Positions 28,301 to 42,726 of a stretch of DNA of 64,000 bases are shown here, one piece after another. The notes beneath the pieces were generated by a model. It ran no database searches and was not told where the DNA came from. It was given only the letters and a program-made list of their open reading frames with translations. The stretch comes from the human T2T-CHM13v2.0 reference genome, Homo sapiens. The DNA lies in NCBI RefSeq assembly GCF_009914755.1, contig NC_060925.1; one strand, written 5' to 3'. The position numbers and the translations under genes were made by a program. How positions within the stretch are numbered: position 1 is the stretch's first letter; each line of letters opens with the position of its first letter.

Positions 28301-29625
28301 CATCGAATGGAATGGAATGGAACAGTCAATGAACTCGAATGGAATCATCATTGAATGGAATCGAATGGAATCATCGAGTGGAATCGAATGGAATTATGAT
28401 CAAATGGAATCTAATGTAATAATCATCAAATGGAATCGAAAATAACCATCATCAATTGTTATTGAATGGAATTGTCATCAAATGGAATTCAAAGGAATCA
28501 TCATCAAATGGAACCGAATGGAATCCTCATTGAATGGAAATGAAAGGGGTCATCATCTAATGGAATCGCATGGAATCATCATCAAATGGAATCGAATGGA
28601 ATCATCATCAAATGGAATCTGATGGAATCATTGAACAGAATTGAATGGAATCGTCATCGAATGAATTGAATGCAATCATCGAATGGTCTCGAATGGAATC
28701 ATCTTCTAATGGAAAGGAATGGAATCATCGCATAGAATCGAATGGAATTAACATTGAATGGACTCGAATGGAATCAACATCAAACGGAATCAAGCGGAAT
28801 TATCGAATGGAATCGAAGAGAATCATCGAATGGACTCGAATGGAATAATCTAATGGAATTGAATGGAATAATCCACGGACTCGAATGCAATCATCATCGT
28901 ATAGAATCGAATGGAATCATCGAATGGACTCGAATGGAATAATCATTGAACGGAATCGAATGGAATCATCATCGGATGGAAACGAATGGAATCATCATCG
29001 AATGGAAATGAAAGGAGTCATCATCTAATGGAATTGCATGGAATCATCATCAAATGGAATCGAATGGAATCAACAGCAAATGGAATCAAATGGAATCATT
29101 GAACGGAATTGAATGGAATCGTCATCCAATGAATGAATGCAATCATCGAATGGTCTCGAATGCAATCATCTTCAAATGGAATGGAATGGAATCATCGCAT
29201 AGAATCGAATGGAATTATCATCGAATGGAATCGAATGGTATCAACATCAAACGGAAAAAAACGGAATTATCGAATGGAATCGAATAGAATCATGGAATGG
29301 ACCCGAATGGAATCATCTAATGGAATGGAATGGAATAATCCACGGACTCGAATGCAATCATCGTCGAATGGAATCGAATGGAATCATCGAATGGACTCGA
29401 ATGGAATAATCATTGAACAGAATCGAATGGAATCATCATCGGATGGAAACGAATGGAATCATCATCGAATGGAAATGAAAGGAGTCATCATCTAATGGAA
29501 TTGCATGGAATCATCATCAAATGGAATCGAATGGAATCAACATCAAATGGAATCAAATGGAATCATTGAACGGAATTGAATGGAATCGTCATCGAATGAA
29601 TTGAATGCAATCATCGAATGGTCTC
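21920..29625. repeat. Tandem duplication of a 3690-bp variant higher-order unit (419+1061+1275+468+467)
   Basis: ORF pairs 22619/26309, 23680/27370, 24955/28645 and 25443/29133 are all offset 3690 with near-identical translations. Confidence 0.92.
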
Positions 29626-32600
29626 GAATGGAATCATCTTCAAATGGAATGGAATGGAATCATCGCATAGAATCGAATGGAATTATCATCGAATGGAATC
29701 GAATGGAATCAACATCAAACGGAAAAAAACGGAATTATCGAATGGAATCGAAGAGAATCATCGAATGGACCCGAATGGAATCATCTAATGGAATGGAATG
29801 GAATAATCCGTGGACTCGAATGCAATCATCATCGAATATAATCGAATGGAATCATCCAATGGACTCGAATGGAATAATCATTGAACGGAATCGAATGGAA
29901 TCATCATCGGATGGAAATGAATGGAATCATCATCGAATGGAATCGAATAGAATTATGGAATGAAATCCAGTGTGATCATCATCGAATGGACCCGAATGGA
30001 ATCATCATCCAACGAATGCTAATGGAATCAACATCGAATGAATCAAATGGAAACACCATCGAATTGAAACGAATGGAATTACCATGAAATTGAAATGGAT
30101 GGACTCATCATCGAATGGATTCGAATGGAATCATCGAATAAAATTGATTGAAATCATCATCGAATGGAATCGAATGGATTCATTGAATGGAATCAGATGG
30201 AATCATCGAATGGACTGGAATGGAATCATTGAATGGACACGAAAGAGATCATGATTGAATGGAATTGAATGGAATCATCGAATGGTGTCGATTGGAATCA
30301 TTATCAAATGGAATCGAATGGAATCACCGAATAGAATCGAATGGAACAATCATCGAATGGACTCAAATGGAATTATCCTCAAATGGAATGGAATGGAATT
30401 ATCGAATGCAATCGAATGGAATTATCGAATGCAATCGAATAGAATCATTGAATGGACTCGAATGGAATAATCATTGAACGGAATCGAATGGAATCATCAT
30501 CGGATGGAAACGAATGGAATCATCATCGAATGGAAATGAAAGGAGTCATCATCTAATGGAATTGCATGGAATCATCATCAAATGGAATCGAATGGAATCA
30601 ACATCAAATGGAATCAAATGGAATCATTGAACGGAATTGAATGGAATCGTCATCGAATGAATTGAATGCAATCATCGAATGGTCTCGAATGGAATCATCT
30701 TCAAATGGAATGGAATGGAATCATCGCATAGAATCGAATGGAATTATCATCGAATGGAATCGAATGGAATCAACATCAAACGGAAAAAAACGGAATTATC
30801 GAATGGAATCGAAGAGAATCATCGAATGGACCCGAATGGAATCATCTAATGGAATGGAATGGAATAATCCATGGACTCGAATGCAATCATCATCGAATGG
30901 AATCGAATGGAATCATCGAATGGACCCGAATGGAATAATCATTGAATGGAATCGAATGGAATCATCATCGGATGGAAATGAAAGGAGTCATCATCTAATG
31001 GAATTGCATGGAATCATCATAAAATGGAATCGAATGGAATCAACATCAAATGGAATCAAATGGAATCATTGAACGGAATTGAATGGAATCGTGATCGAAT
31101 GAATTGAATGCAATCATCGAATGGTCTCGAATGGAATCATCTTCAAATGGAATGGAATGGAATCATCGCATAGAATCGAATGGAATTATCATCGAATGGA
31201 ATCGAATGGAATCAACATCAAACGGAAAAAAACGGAATTATCGAATGGAATCGAAGAGAATCATCGAATGGACCCGAATGGAATCATCTAATGAAACGGA
31301 ATGGAATAATCCATGGACTCGAATGCAATCATCATCGAATGGAATCGAATGGAATCATCGAATGGACTCGAATGGAATAATCATTGAACGGAATCGAATG
31401 GAATCATCATCGGATGGAAATGAATGGAATCATCATCGAATGGAATCGAATAGAATTATGGAATGAAATCCAGTGTGATCATCATCGAATGGACCCGAAT
31501 GGAATCATCATCCAACGGAAGCTAATGGAATCAACATCGAATGAATCAAATGGAAACACCATCGAATTGAAACGAATGGAATTACCATGAAATTGAAATG
31601 GATGGACTCATCATCGAATGGATTCGAATGGAATCATCGAATAAAATTGATTGAAATCATCATCGAATGGAATCGAATGGTATCATTGAATGGAATCGAA
31701 TGGAATCATCATCAGATGGAAATGAATGGAATCGTCATAGAATGGAATCGAATGGATTCATTGAATGGAATCAGATGGAATCATCGAATGGACTGGAATG
31801 GAATCATTGAATGGACTCGAAAGGGATCATGATTGAATGGAATTGAATGGAATCATCGAATGGTCTCGATTGGAATCATTATCAAATGGAATCGAATGGA
31901 ATCACCGAATAGAATCGAATGGAACAATCATCGAATGGACTCAAATGGAATTATCCTCAAATGGAATCGAATGGAATTATCAAATGCAATCGAATGGAAT
32001 TATCGAATGCAATCGAATAGAATCATCGAATGGACTCGAATGGAATCATCGAATGGAATGGAATGGAACAGTCAATGAACTCGAATGGAATCATCATTGA
32101 ATGGAATCGAATGGAATCATCGAGTGGAATCGAATGGAATTATGATCAAATGGAATCGAATGTAATCATCATCAAATGGAATCAAAAATAACCATCATCA
32201 ATTGGTATTGAATGGAATTGTCATCAAATGCAATTCAAAGGAATCATCATCAAATGGAACCGAATGGAATCCTCATTGAATGGAAATGAAAGGGGTCATC
32301 ATCTAATGGAATCGCATGGAATCATCATCAAATGGAATCGAATGGAATCATCATCAAATGGAATCTAATGGAATCATTGAACAGAATTGAATGGAATCGT
32401 CATCGAATGAATTGAATGCAATCATCGAATGGTCTCGAATGGAATCATCTTCTAATGGAAAGGAATGGAATCATCGCATAGAATCGAATGGAATTATCAT
32501 CGAATGGAATCGAATGGGATCAACACCAAACGGAAAAAAACGGAATTATCGAATGGAATCGAAGAGAATCTTCGAACGGACCCGAATGAAATCATCTAAT

Positions 32601-35600
32601 GGAATGGAATGGAATAATCCATGGACTCGAATGCAATCATCATCGAATGGAATCAAATGGAATCATCGAATGGACTCGAATGGAATAATCATTGAACGGA
32701 ATCGAATGGAATCATCATCGGATGGAAACGAATGGAATCATCATCGAATGGAAATGAAAGGAGTCATCATCTAATGGAATTGCAAGGAATCATCATAAAA
32801 TGGATTCGAATGGAATCAACATCAAATGGAATCAAATGGAATCATTGAACGGAATTGAATGGAATCGTCATCGAATGAATTGAATGCAATCATCGAATGG
32901 TCTCGAAGGGAATCATCTTCAAATGGAATGGAATGGAATCATCGCATAGAATCGAATGGAATTATCATAGAATGGAATCGAATGGAATCAACATCAAACG
33001 GAAAAAAACGGAATTATCGAATGGAATCGAAGAGAATCATCGAATGGACCCGAATGGAATCATCTAATGGAATGGAATGGAATAATCCATGGACTCGAAT
33101 GCAATCATCGTCAAATGGAATCGAATGGAATCATCGAATGGATTCGAATGGAATAATCATTGAACGGAATCGAATGGAATCATCATCGGATGGAAATGAA
33201 TGGAATCATCATCGAATGGAATCGAATAGAATTATGGAATGAAATCCAGTGTGATCATCATCGAATGGACCCGAATGGAATCATCATCCAACGGAAGCTA
33301 ATGGAATCAACATCGAATGAATCAAATGGAAACACCATCGAATTGAAACGAATGGAATTACCATGAAATTGAAATGGATGGACTCATCATCGAATGGATT
33401 CGAATGGAATCATCGAATAAAATTGATTCAAATCATCATCGAATGGAATCGAATGGTATCATTGAATGGAATCGAATGGAATCATCATCAGATGGAAATG
33501 AATGGAATCGTCATAGAATGGAATCGAATGGATTCATTGAATGGAATCAGAATGAATCATCGAATGGACTGGAATGGAATCATTGAATGGACTCGAAAGG
33601 GATCATGATTGAATGGAATTGAATGGAATCATCGAATGGTCTCGATTGGAATCATTATCAAATGGAATCGAATGGAATCACCGAATAGAATCGAATGGAA
33701 CAATCATCGAATGGACTCAAATGGAATTATCCTCAAATGGAATCGAATGGAATTATCGAATGCAATCGAATGGAATTATAAAATGCAATCGAATAGAATC
33801 ATCGAATGGACTCGAATGGAATCATCGAATGGAATGGAATGGAACAGTCAATGAACTCGAATGGAATCATCATTGAATGGAATCGAATGGAATCATCGAG
33901 TGGAATCGAATGGAATTATGATCAAATGGAATCGAATGTAATCATCATCAAATGGAATCAAAAATAACCATCATCAATTGGTATTGAATGGAATTGTCAT
34001 CAAATGGAATTCAAAGGAATCATCATCAAATGGAACCGAATGGAATCCTCATTGAATGGAAATGAAAGGGGTCATCATCTAATGGAATCGCATGGAATCA
34101 TCATCAAATGGAATCGAATGGAATCATCATCAAATGGAATCTAATGGAATCATTGAAAAGAATTGAATGGAATCGTCATCGAATGAATTGAATGCAATCA
34201 TCGAATGGTCTCGAATGGAATCATCTTCTAATGGAAAGGAATGGAATCATCGCATAGAATCGAATGGAATTATCATCGAATGGAATCGAATGGTATCAAC
34301 ACCAAACGGAAAAAAACGGAATTATCGAATGGAATCGAAGAGAATCTTCGAACGGACCCGAATGGAATCATCTAATGGAATGGAATGGAATAATCCATGG
34401 ACTCGAATGCAATCATCATCGAATGGAATCGAATGGAATCATCGAATGGACTCGAATGGAATAATCATTGAACGGAATCGAATGGAATCATCATCGGATG
34501 GAAATGAATGGAATCATCATCGAATGGAATCGAATAGAATTATGGAATGAAATCCAGTGTGATCATCATCGAATGGACCCGAATGGAATCATCATCCAAC
34601 GGAAGCTAATGGAATCAACATCGAATGAATCAAATGGAAACACCATCGAATTGAAACGAATGGAATTACCATGAAATTGAAATGGATGGACTCATCATCG
34701 AATGGATTCGAATGGAATCATCGAATAAAATTGATTGAAATCATCATCGAATGGAATCGAATGGTATCATTGAATGGAATCGAATGGAATCATCATCAGA
34801 TGGAAATGAATGGAATCGTCATAGAATGGAATCGAATGGATTCATTGAATGGAATCAGATGGAATCATCGAATGGACTGGAATGGAATCATTGAATGGAC
34901 TCGAAAGGGATTATTATTGAATGGAATTGAATGGAATCATCGAATGGTCTCGATTGGAATCATTTTCAAATGGAATCGAATGGAATCACCGAATAGAATC
35001 GAATGGAACAATCATCGAATGGACTCAAATGGAATTATCCTCAAATGGAATCGAATGGAATTATCGAATGAAATCGAATGGAATTATCGAATGCAATCGA
35101 ATAGAATCATCGAATGGACTCGAATGGAATCATCGAATGGAATGGAATGGAACAGTCAATGAACTCGAATGGAATCATCATTGAATGGAATCGAATGGAA
35201 TCATCGAGTGGAATCGAACGGAATTATGATCAAATGGAATCGAATGTAATCATCATCAAATGGAATCAAAAATAACCATCATCAATTGGTATTGAATGGA
35301 ATTGTCATCAAATGGAATTCAAAGGAATCATCATCAAATGGAACCGAATGGAATCCTCATTGAATGGAAATGAAAGGGGTCATCATCTAATGGAATCGCA
35401 TGGAATCATCATCAAATGGAATCGAATGGAATCATCATCAAATGGAATCTAATGGAATCATTGAACAGAATTGAATGGAATCGTCATCGAATGAATTGAA
35501 TGCAGTCATCGAATGGTCTCGAATGGAATCATCTTCTAATGGAAAGGAATGGAATCATCGCATAGAATCGAATGGAATTATCATCGAATGGAATCGAATG

Positions 35601-38600
35601 GTATCAACACCAAACGGAAAAAAACGGAATTATCGAATGGAATCGAAGAGAATCTTCGAACGGACCCGAATGGAATCATCTAATGGAATGGAATGGAATA
35701 ATCCATGGACTCGAATGCAATCATCATCGAATGGAATGGAATGGAATCATCGAATGGACTCGAATGGAATAATCATTGAACGGAATCGAATGGAATCATC
35801 ATCGGATGGAAACGAATGGAATCATCATCGAATGGAAATGAAAGGAGTCATCATCTAATGGAATTGCATGGAATCATCATAAAATGGAATCGAATGGAAT
35901 CAACATCAAATGGAATCAAATGTAATCATTGAACGGAATTGAATGGAATCGTCATCGAATGAATTGAATGCAATCATCGAATGGTCTCGAATGGAATCAT
36001 CTTCAAATGGAATGGAATGGAATCATCGCATAGAATCGAATGGAATTATCATCGAATGGAATCGAATGGAATCAACATCAATCGGAAAAAAACGGAATTA
36101 TCGAATGGAATCGAAGAGAATCATCGAATGGACCCGAATGGAATCATCTAATGGTATGGAATGGAATAATCCATGGACTCGAATGCAATCATCATCAAAT
36201 GGAATCGAATGGAATCATCGAATGGATTCGAATGGAATAATCATTGAACGGAATCGAATGGAATCATCATCGGATGGTAATGAATGGAATCATCATCGAA
36301 TGGAATCGAATAGAATTATGGAATGAAATCCAGTGTGATCATCATCGAATGGACCCGAATGGAATCATCATCCAACGGAAGCTAATGGAATCAACATCGA
36401 ATGAATCAAATGGAAACACCATCGAATTGAAACGAATGGAATTACCATGAAATTGAAATGGATGGACTCATCATCGAATGGATTCGAATGGAATCATCGA
36501 ATAAAATTGATTGAAATCATCATCGAATGGAATCGAATGGTATCATTGAATGGAATCGAATGGAATCATCATCAGATGGAAATGAATGGAATCGTCATAG
36601 AATGGAATCGAATGGATTCATTGAATGGAATCAGAACGAATCATAGAATGGACTGGAATGGAATCATTGAATGGACTCGAAAGGGATCATGATTGAATGG
36701 AATTGAATGGAATCATCGAATGGTCTCGATTGGAATCATTATCAAATGGAATCGAATGGAATCACCGAATAGAATCGAATGGAACAATCATCGAATGGAC
36801 TCAAATGGAATTATCCTCAAATGGAATCGAATGGAATTATCGAATGCAATCGAATGGAATTATCGAATGCAATCGAATAGAATCATCGAATGGACTCGAA
36901 TGGAATCATCGAATGGAATGGAATGGAACAGTCAATGAACTCGAATGGAATCATCATTGAATGGAATCGAATGGAATCATCGGGTGGAATCGAATGGAAT
37001 TATGATCAAATGGAATCGAATGTAATCATCATCAAATGGAATCAAAAATAACCATCATCAATTGGTATTGAATGGAATTGTCATCAAATGGAATTCAAAG
37101 GAATCATCATCAAATGGAACCGAATGGAATCCTCATTGAATGGAAATGAAAGGGGTCATCATCTAATGGAATCGCATGGAATCATCATCAAATGGAATCG
37201 AATGGAATCATCATCAAATGGAATCTAATGGAATCATTGAAAAGAATTGAATGGAATCGTCATCGAATGAATTGAATGAAATCATCGAATGGTCTCGAAT
37301 GGAATCATCTTCTAATGGGAAGGAATGGAATCATCGCATAGAATCGAATGGAATTATCATCGAATGGAATCGAATGGTATCAACACCAAACGGAAAAAAA
37401 CGGAATTATCGAATGGAATCGAAGAGAATCTTCGAACGGACCCGAATGGAATCATCTAATGGAATGGAATGGAATAATCCATGGACTCGAATGCAATCAT
37501 CATCGAATGGAATCGAATGGAATCATCGAATGGACTCGAATGGAATAATCATTGAACGGAATCGAATGGAATCATCATCGGATGGAAACGAATGGAATCA
37601 TCATCGAATGGAAATGAAAGGAGTCATCATCTAATGGAATTGCATGGAATCATCATAAAATGGAATCGAATGGAATCAACATCAAATGGAATCAAATGGA
37701 ATCATTGAACGGAATTGAATGGAATCGTCATCGAATGAATTGACTGCAATCATCGAATGGTCTCGAATGGAATCATCTTCAAATGGAATGGAATGGAATC
37801 ATCGCATAGAATCGAATGGAATTATCATCGAATGGAATCGAATGGAATCAACATCAAACGGAAAAAAACGGAATTATCGAATGGAATCGAAGAGAATCAT
37901 CGAATGGACCCGAATGGAATCATCTAATGGAATGGAATGGAATAATCCATGGACTCGAATGCAATCATCATCGAATGGAATCGAATGGAATCATCGAATG
38001 GACTCGAATGGAGTAATCATTGAACGGAATCGAATGGAATCATCATCGGATGGAAATGAATGGAATCATCATCGAATGGAATCGAATAGAATTATGGAAT
38101 GAAATCCAGTGTGATCATCATCGAATGGACCCGAATGGAATCATCATCCACCGGAAGCTAATGGAATCAACATCGAATGAATCGAATGGAAACACCATCG
38201 AATTGAAACGAATGGAATTATCATGAAATTGAAATGGATGGACTCATCATCGAATGGATTCGAATGGAATCATCGAATAAAATTGATTGAAATCATCATC
38301 CAATGGAATCGAATGGTATCATTGAATGGAATCGAATGGAATCATCATCAGATGGAAATGAATGGAATCGTCATAGAATGGAATCGAATGGATTCATTGA
38401 ATGGAATCAGATGGAATCATCGAATGGACTGGAATGGAATCATTGAATGGACCCGAATGGGATCATGATTGAATGGAATTGAATGGAATCATCGAATGGT
38501 CTCGATTGGAATCATTATCAAATGGAATCGAATGGAATCACCGAATAGAATCGAATGGAACAATCATCGAATGGACTCAAATGGAATTATCCTCAAATGG

Positions 38601-39026
38601 AATCGAATGGAATTATCGAATGCAATCGAATGGAATTATCGAATGCAATCGAATAGAATCATCGAAAGGACTCGAATGGAATCAGCGAATGGAATGGAAT
38701 GGAACAGTCAATGAACTCGAATGGAATCATCATTGAATGGAATCGAATGGAATCATCGAGTGGAATCGAATGGAATTATGATCAAATGGAATCGAATGTA
38801 ATCATCATCAAATGGAATCAAAAATAACCATCATCAATTGGTATTGAATGGAATTGTCATCAAATGGAATTCAAAGGAATCATCATCAAATGGAACCGAA
38901 TGGAATCCTCATTGAATGGAAATGAAAGGGGTCATCATCTAATGGAATCGCATGGAATCATCATCAAATGGAATCGAATGGAATCATCATCAAATGGAAT
39001 CTAATGGAATCATTGAACAGAATTGA

Positions 39027-42000
39027 ATGGAATCGTCATCGAATGAATTGAATGCAATCATCGAATGGTCTCGAATGGAATCATCTTCTAATGGAAAGGA
39101 ATGGAATCATCGCATAGAATCGAATGGAATTATCATCGAATGGAATCGAATGGTATCAACACCAAACGGAAAAAAACGGAATTATCGAATGGAATCGAAG
39201 AGAATCTTCGAACGGACCCGAATGGAATCATCTAATGGAATGGAATGGAATAATCCATGGACTCGAATGCAATCATCATCGAATGGAATGGAATGGAATC
39301 ATCGAATGGACTCGAATGGAATAATCATTGAACGGAATCGAATGGAATCATCATCAGATGGAAATGAATGGAATCATCATCGAATGGAATCGAATACAAT
39401 TACGGAATGAAATCCAGTGTGATCATCATCGAATGGACCCAAATGGAATCATCATCCAACGGAATCTAATGGAATCAACATCGAATGAATCGAATGGAAA
39501 CACCATCGAATTGAAACGAATGGAATTATCATGAAATTGAAATGGATGGACTCATCATCGAATGGATTCGAATGGAATCATCGAATAAAATTGATTGAAA
39601 TCATCATCCAATGGAATCGAATGGTATCATTGAATGGAATCGAATGGAATCATCATCAGATGGAAATGAATGGAATCGTCATAGAATGGAATCGAATGGA
39701 TTCATTGAATGGAATCAGATGGAATCATCGAATGGACTGGAATGGAATCATTGAATGGACTCGAAAGGGATCATAATTGAATGGAATTGAATGGAATCAT
39801 CGAATGGTCTCGATTGGAATCATTACCAAATGGAAACGAATGGAATCACCGAATAGAATCGAATGGAACAATCATCGAATGGACTCAAATGGAATCATCC
39901 TCAAATGGAATGGAATGGAATTATCGAATGCAATCGAATAGAATCATCGAATGGACTCGAATGGAATCATCGAATGGAATGGAATGGAACAGTCAATGAA
40001 CTCGAATGGAATCATCATTGAATGGAATCGAATGGAATCATCGAGTGGAATCGAATGGAATTATGATCAAATGGAATCTAATGTAATAATCATCAAATGG
40101 AATCAAAAATAACCATCATCAATTGTTATTGAATGGAATTGTCATCAAATGGAATTCAAAGGAATCATCATCAAATGGAACCGAATGGAATCCTCATTGA
40201 ATGGAAATGAAAGGGGTCATCATCTAATGGAATCGCATGGAATCATCATCAAATGGAATCGAATGGAATCATCATCAAATGGAATCTGATGGAATCATTG
40301 AACAGAATTGAATGGAATCGTCATCGAATGAATTGAATGCAATCATCGAATGGTCTCGAATGGAATCATCTTCTAATGGAAAGGAATGGAATCATCGCAT
40401 AGAATCGAATGGAATTAACATTGAATGGACTCGAATGGAATCAACATCAAACGGAATCAAGCGGAATTATCGAATGGAATCGAAGAGAATCATCGAATGG
40501 ACTCGAATGGAATAATCTAATGGAATTGAATGGAATAATCCACGGACTCGAATGCAATCATCATCGTATAGAATCGAATGGAATCATCGAATGGACTCGA
40601 ATGGAATAATCATTGAACGGAATCGAATGGAATCATCATCGGATGGAAACGAATGGAATCATCATCGAATGGAAATGAAAGGAGTCATCATCTAATGGAA
40701 TTGAATGGAATCATCATCAAATGGAATCGAATGGAATCAACAGCAAATGGAATCAAATGGAATCATTGAACGGAATTGAATGGAATCGTCATCCAATGAA
40801 TGAATGCAATCATCGAATGGTCTCGAATGCAATCATCTTCAAATGGAATGGAATGGAATCATCGCATAGAATCGAATGGAATTATCATCGAATGGAATCG
40901 AATGGTATCAACATCAAACGGAAAAAAACGGAATTATCGAATGGAATCGAATAGAATCATCGAATGGACCCGAATGGAATCATCGAATGGAATGGAATGG
41001 AATAATCCATGGACTCGAATGCAATCATCGTCGAATGGAATCGAATGGAATCATCGAATGGACTCGAATGGAATAATCATTGAACAGAATCGAATGGAAT
41101 CATCATCGGATGGAAACGAATGGAATCATCATCGAATGGAAATGAAAGGAGTCATCATCTAATGGAATTGCATGGAATCATCATCAAATGGAATCGAATG
41201 GAATCAACATCAAATGGAATCAAATGGAATCATTGAACGGAATTGAATGGAATCGTCATCGAATGAATTGAATGCAATCATCGAATGGTCTCGAGTGGAA
41301 TCATCTTCAAATGGAATGGAATGGAATCATCGCATAGAATCGAATGGAATTATCATCGAATGGAATCGAATGGTATCAACATCAAACGGAAAAAAACGGA
41401 ATTATCGAATGGAATCGAAGAGAATCTTCGAACGGACCCGAATGGAATCATCTAATGGAATGGAATGGAATAATCCATGGACTGGAAGGCAATCATCATT
41501 GAACGGAATCGAAAGGAATCATCATCGGATGGAAACGAATGGAATCATCATCGAATGGAAATGAAAGGAGTCATCATCTAATGGAATTGCATGGAATCAT
41601 CATAAAATGGAATCGAATGGAATCAACATCAAATGGAATCAAATGGAATCATTGAACGGAATTGAATGGAATCGTCATCGAATGAATTGAATGCAATCAT
41701 CGAATGGTCTCGAATGGAATCATCTTCAAATGGAATGGAATGGAATCATCGCATAGAATCGAATGGAATTATCATCGAATGGAATCGAATGGAATCAACA
41801 TCAAACGGAAAAAAACGGAATTATCGAATGGAATCGAATAGAATCATCGAATGGACCCGAATGGAATCATCTAATGGAATGGAATGGAATAATCCGTGGA
41901 CTCGAATGCAATCATCATCGAATGTAATCGAATGGAATCATCCAATGGACTTGAATGGAATAATCATTGAACGGAATCGAATGGAATCATCATCGGATGG

Positions 42001-42726
42001 AAATGAATGGAATCATCATCGAATGGAATCGAATAGAATTATGGAATGAAATCCAGTGTGATCATCATCGAATGGACCCGAATGGAATCATCATCCAACG
42101 GATGCTAATGGAATCAACATCGAATGAATCAAATGGAAACACCATCGAATTGAAACGAATGGAATTACCATGAAATTGAAATGGATGGACTCATCATCGA
42201 ATGGATTCGAATGGAATCATCGAATAAAATTGATTGAAATCATCATCGAATGGAATCGAATGGATTCATTGAATGGAATCAGATGGAATCATCGAATGGA
42301 CTGGAATGGAATCATTGAATGGACACGAAAGAGATCATGATTGAATGGAATTGAATGGAATCATCGAATGGTCTCGATTGGAATCATTATCAAATGGAAT
42401 CGAATGGAATCACCGAATAGAATCGAATGGAACAATCATCGAATGGACTCAAATGGAATTATCCTCAAATGGAATGGAATGGAATTATCGAATGCAATCG
42501 AATGGAATTATCGAATGCAATCGAATAGAATCATTGAATGGACTCGAATGGAATAATCATTGAACGGAATCGAATGGAATCATCATCGGATGGAAACGAA
42601 TGGAATCATCATCGAATGGAAATGAAAGGAGTCATCATCTAATGGAATTGCATGGAATCATCATAAAATGGAATCGAATGGAATCAACATCAAATGGAAT
42701 CAAATGGAATCATTGAACGGAATTGA
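39027..42726. repeat. 3700-bp copy of the variant cassette (1285+468+467+419+1061)
   Basis: Module starts 39027, 40312, 40780, 41247, 41666 and 42727, with the markers attaacattg, caacagcaaa, ggactggaaggc and ggacacgaaagag. Confidence 0.88.
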
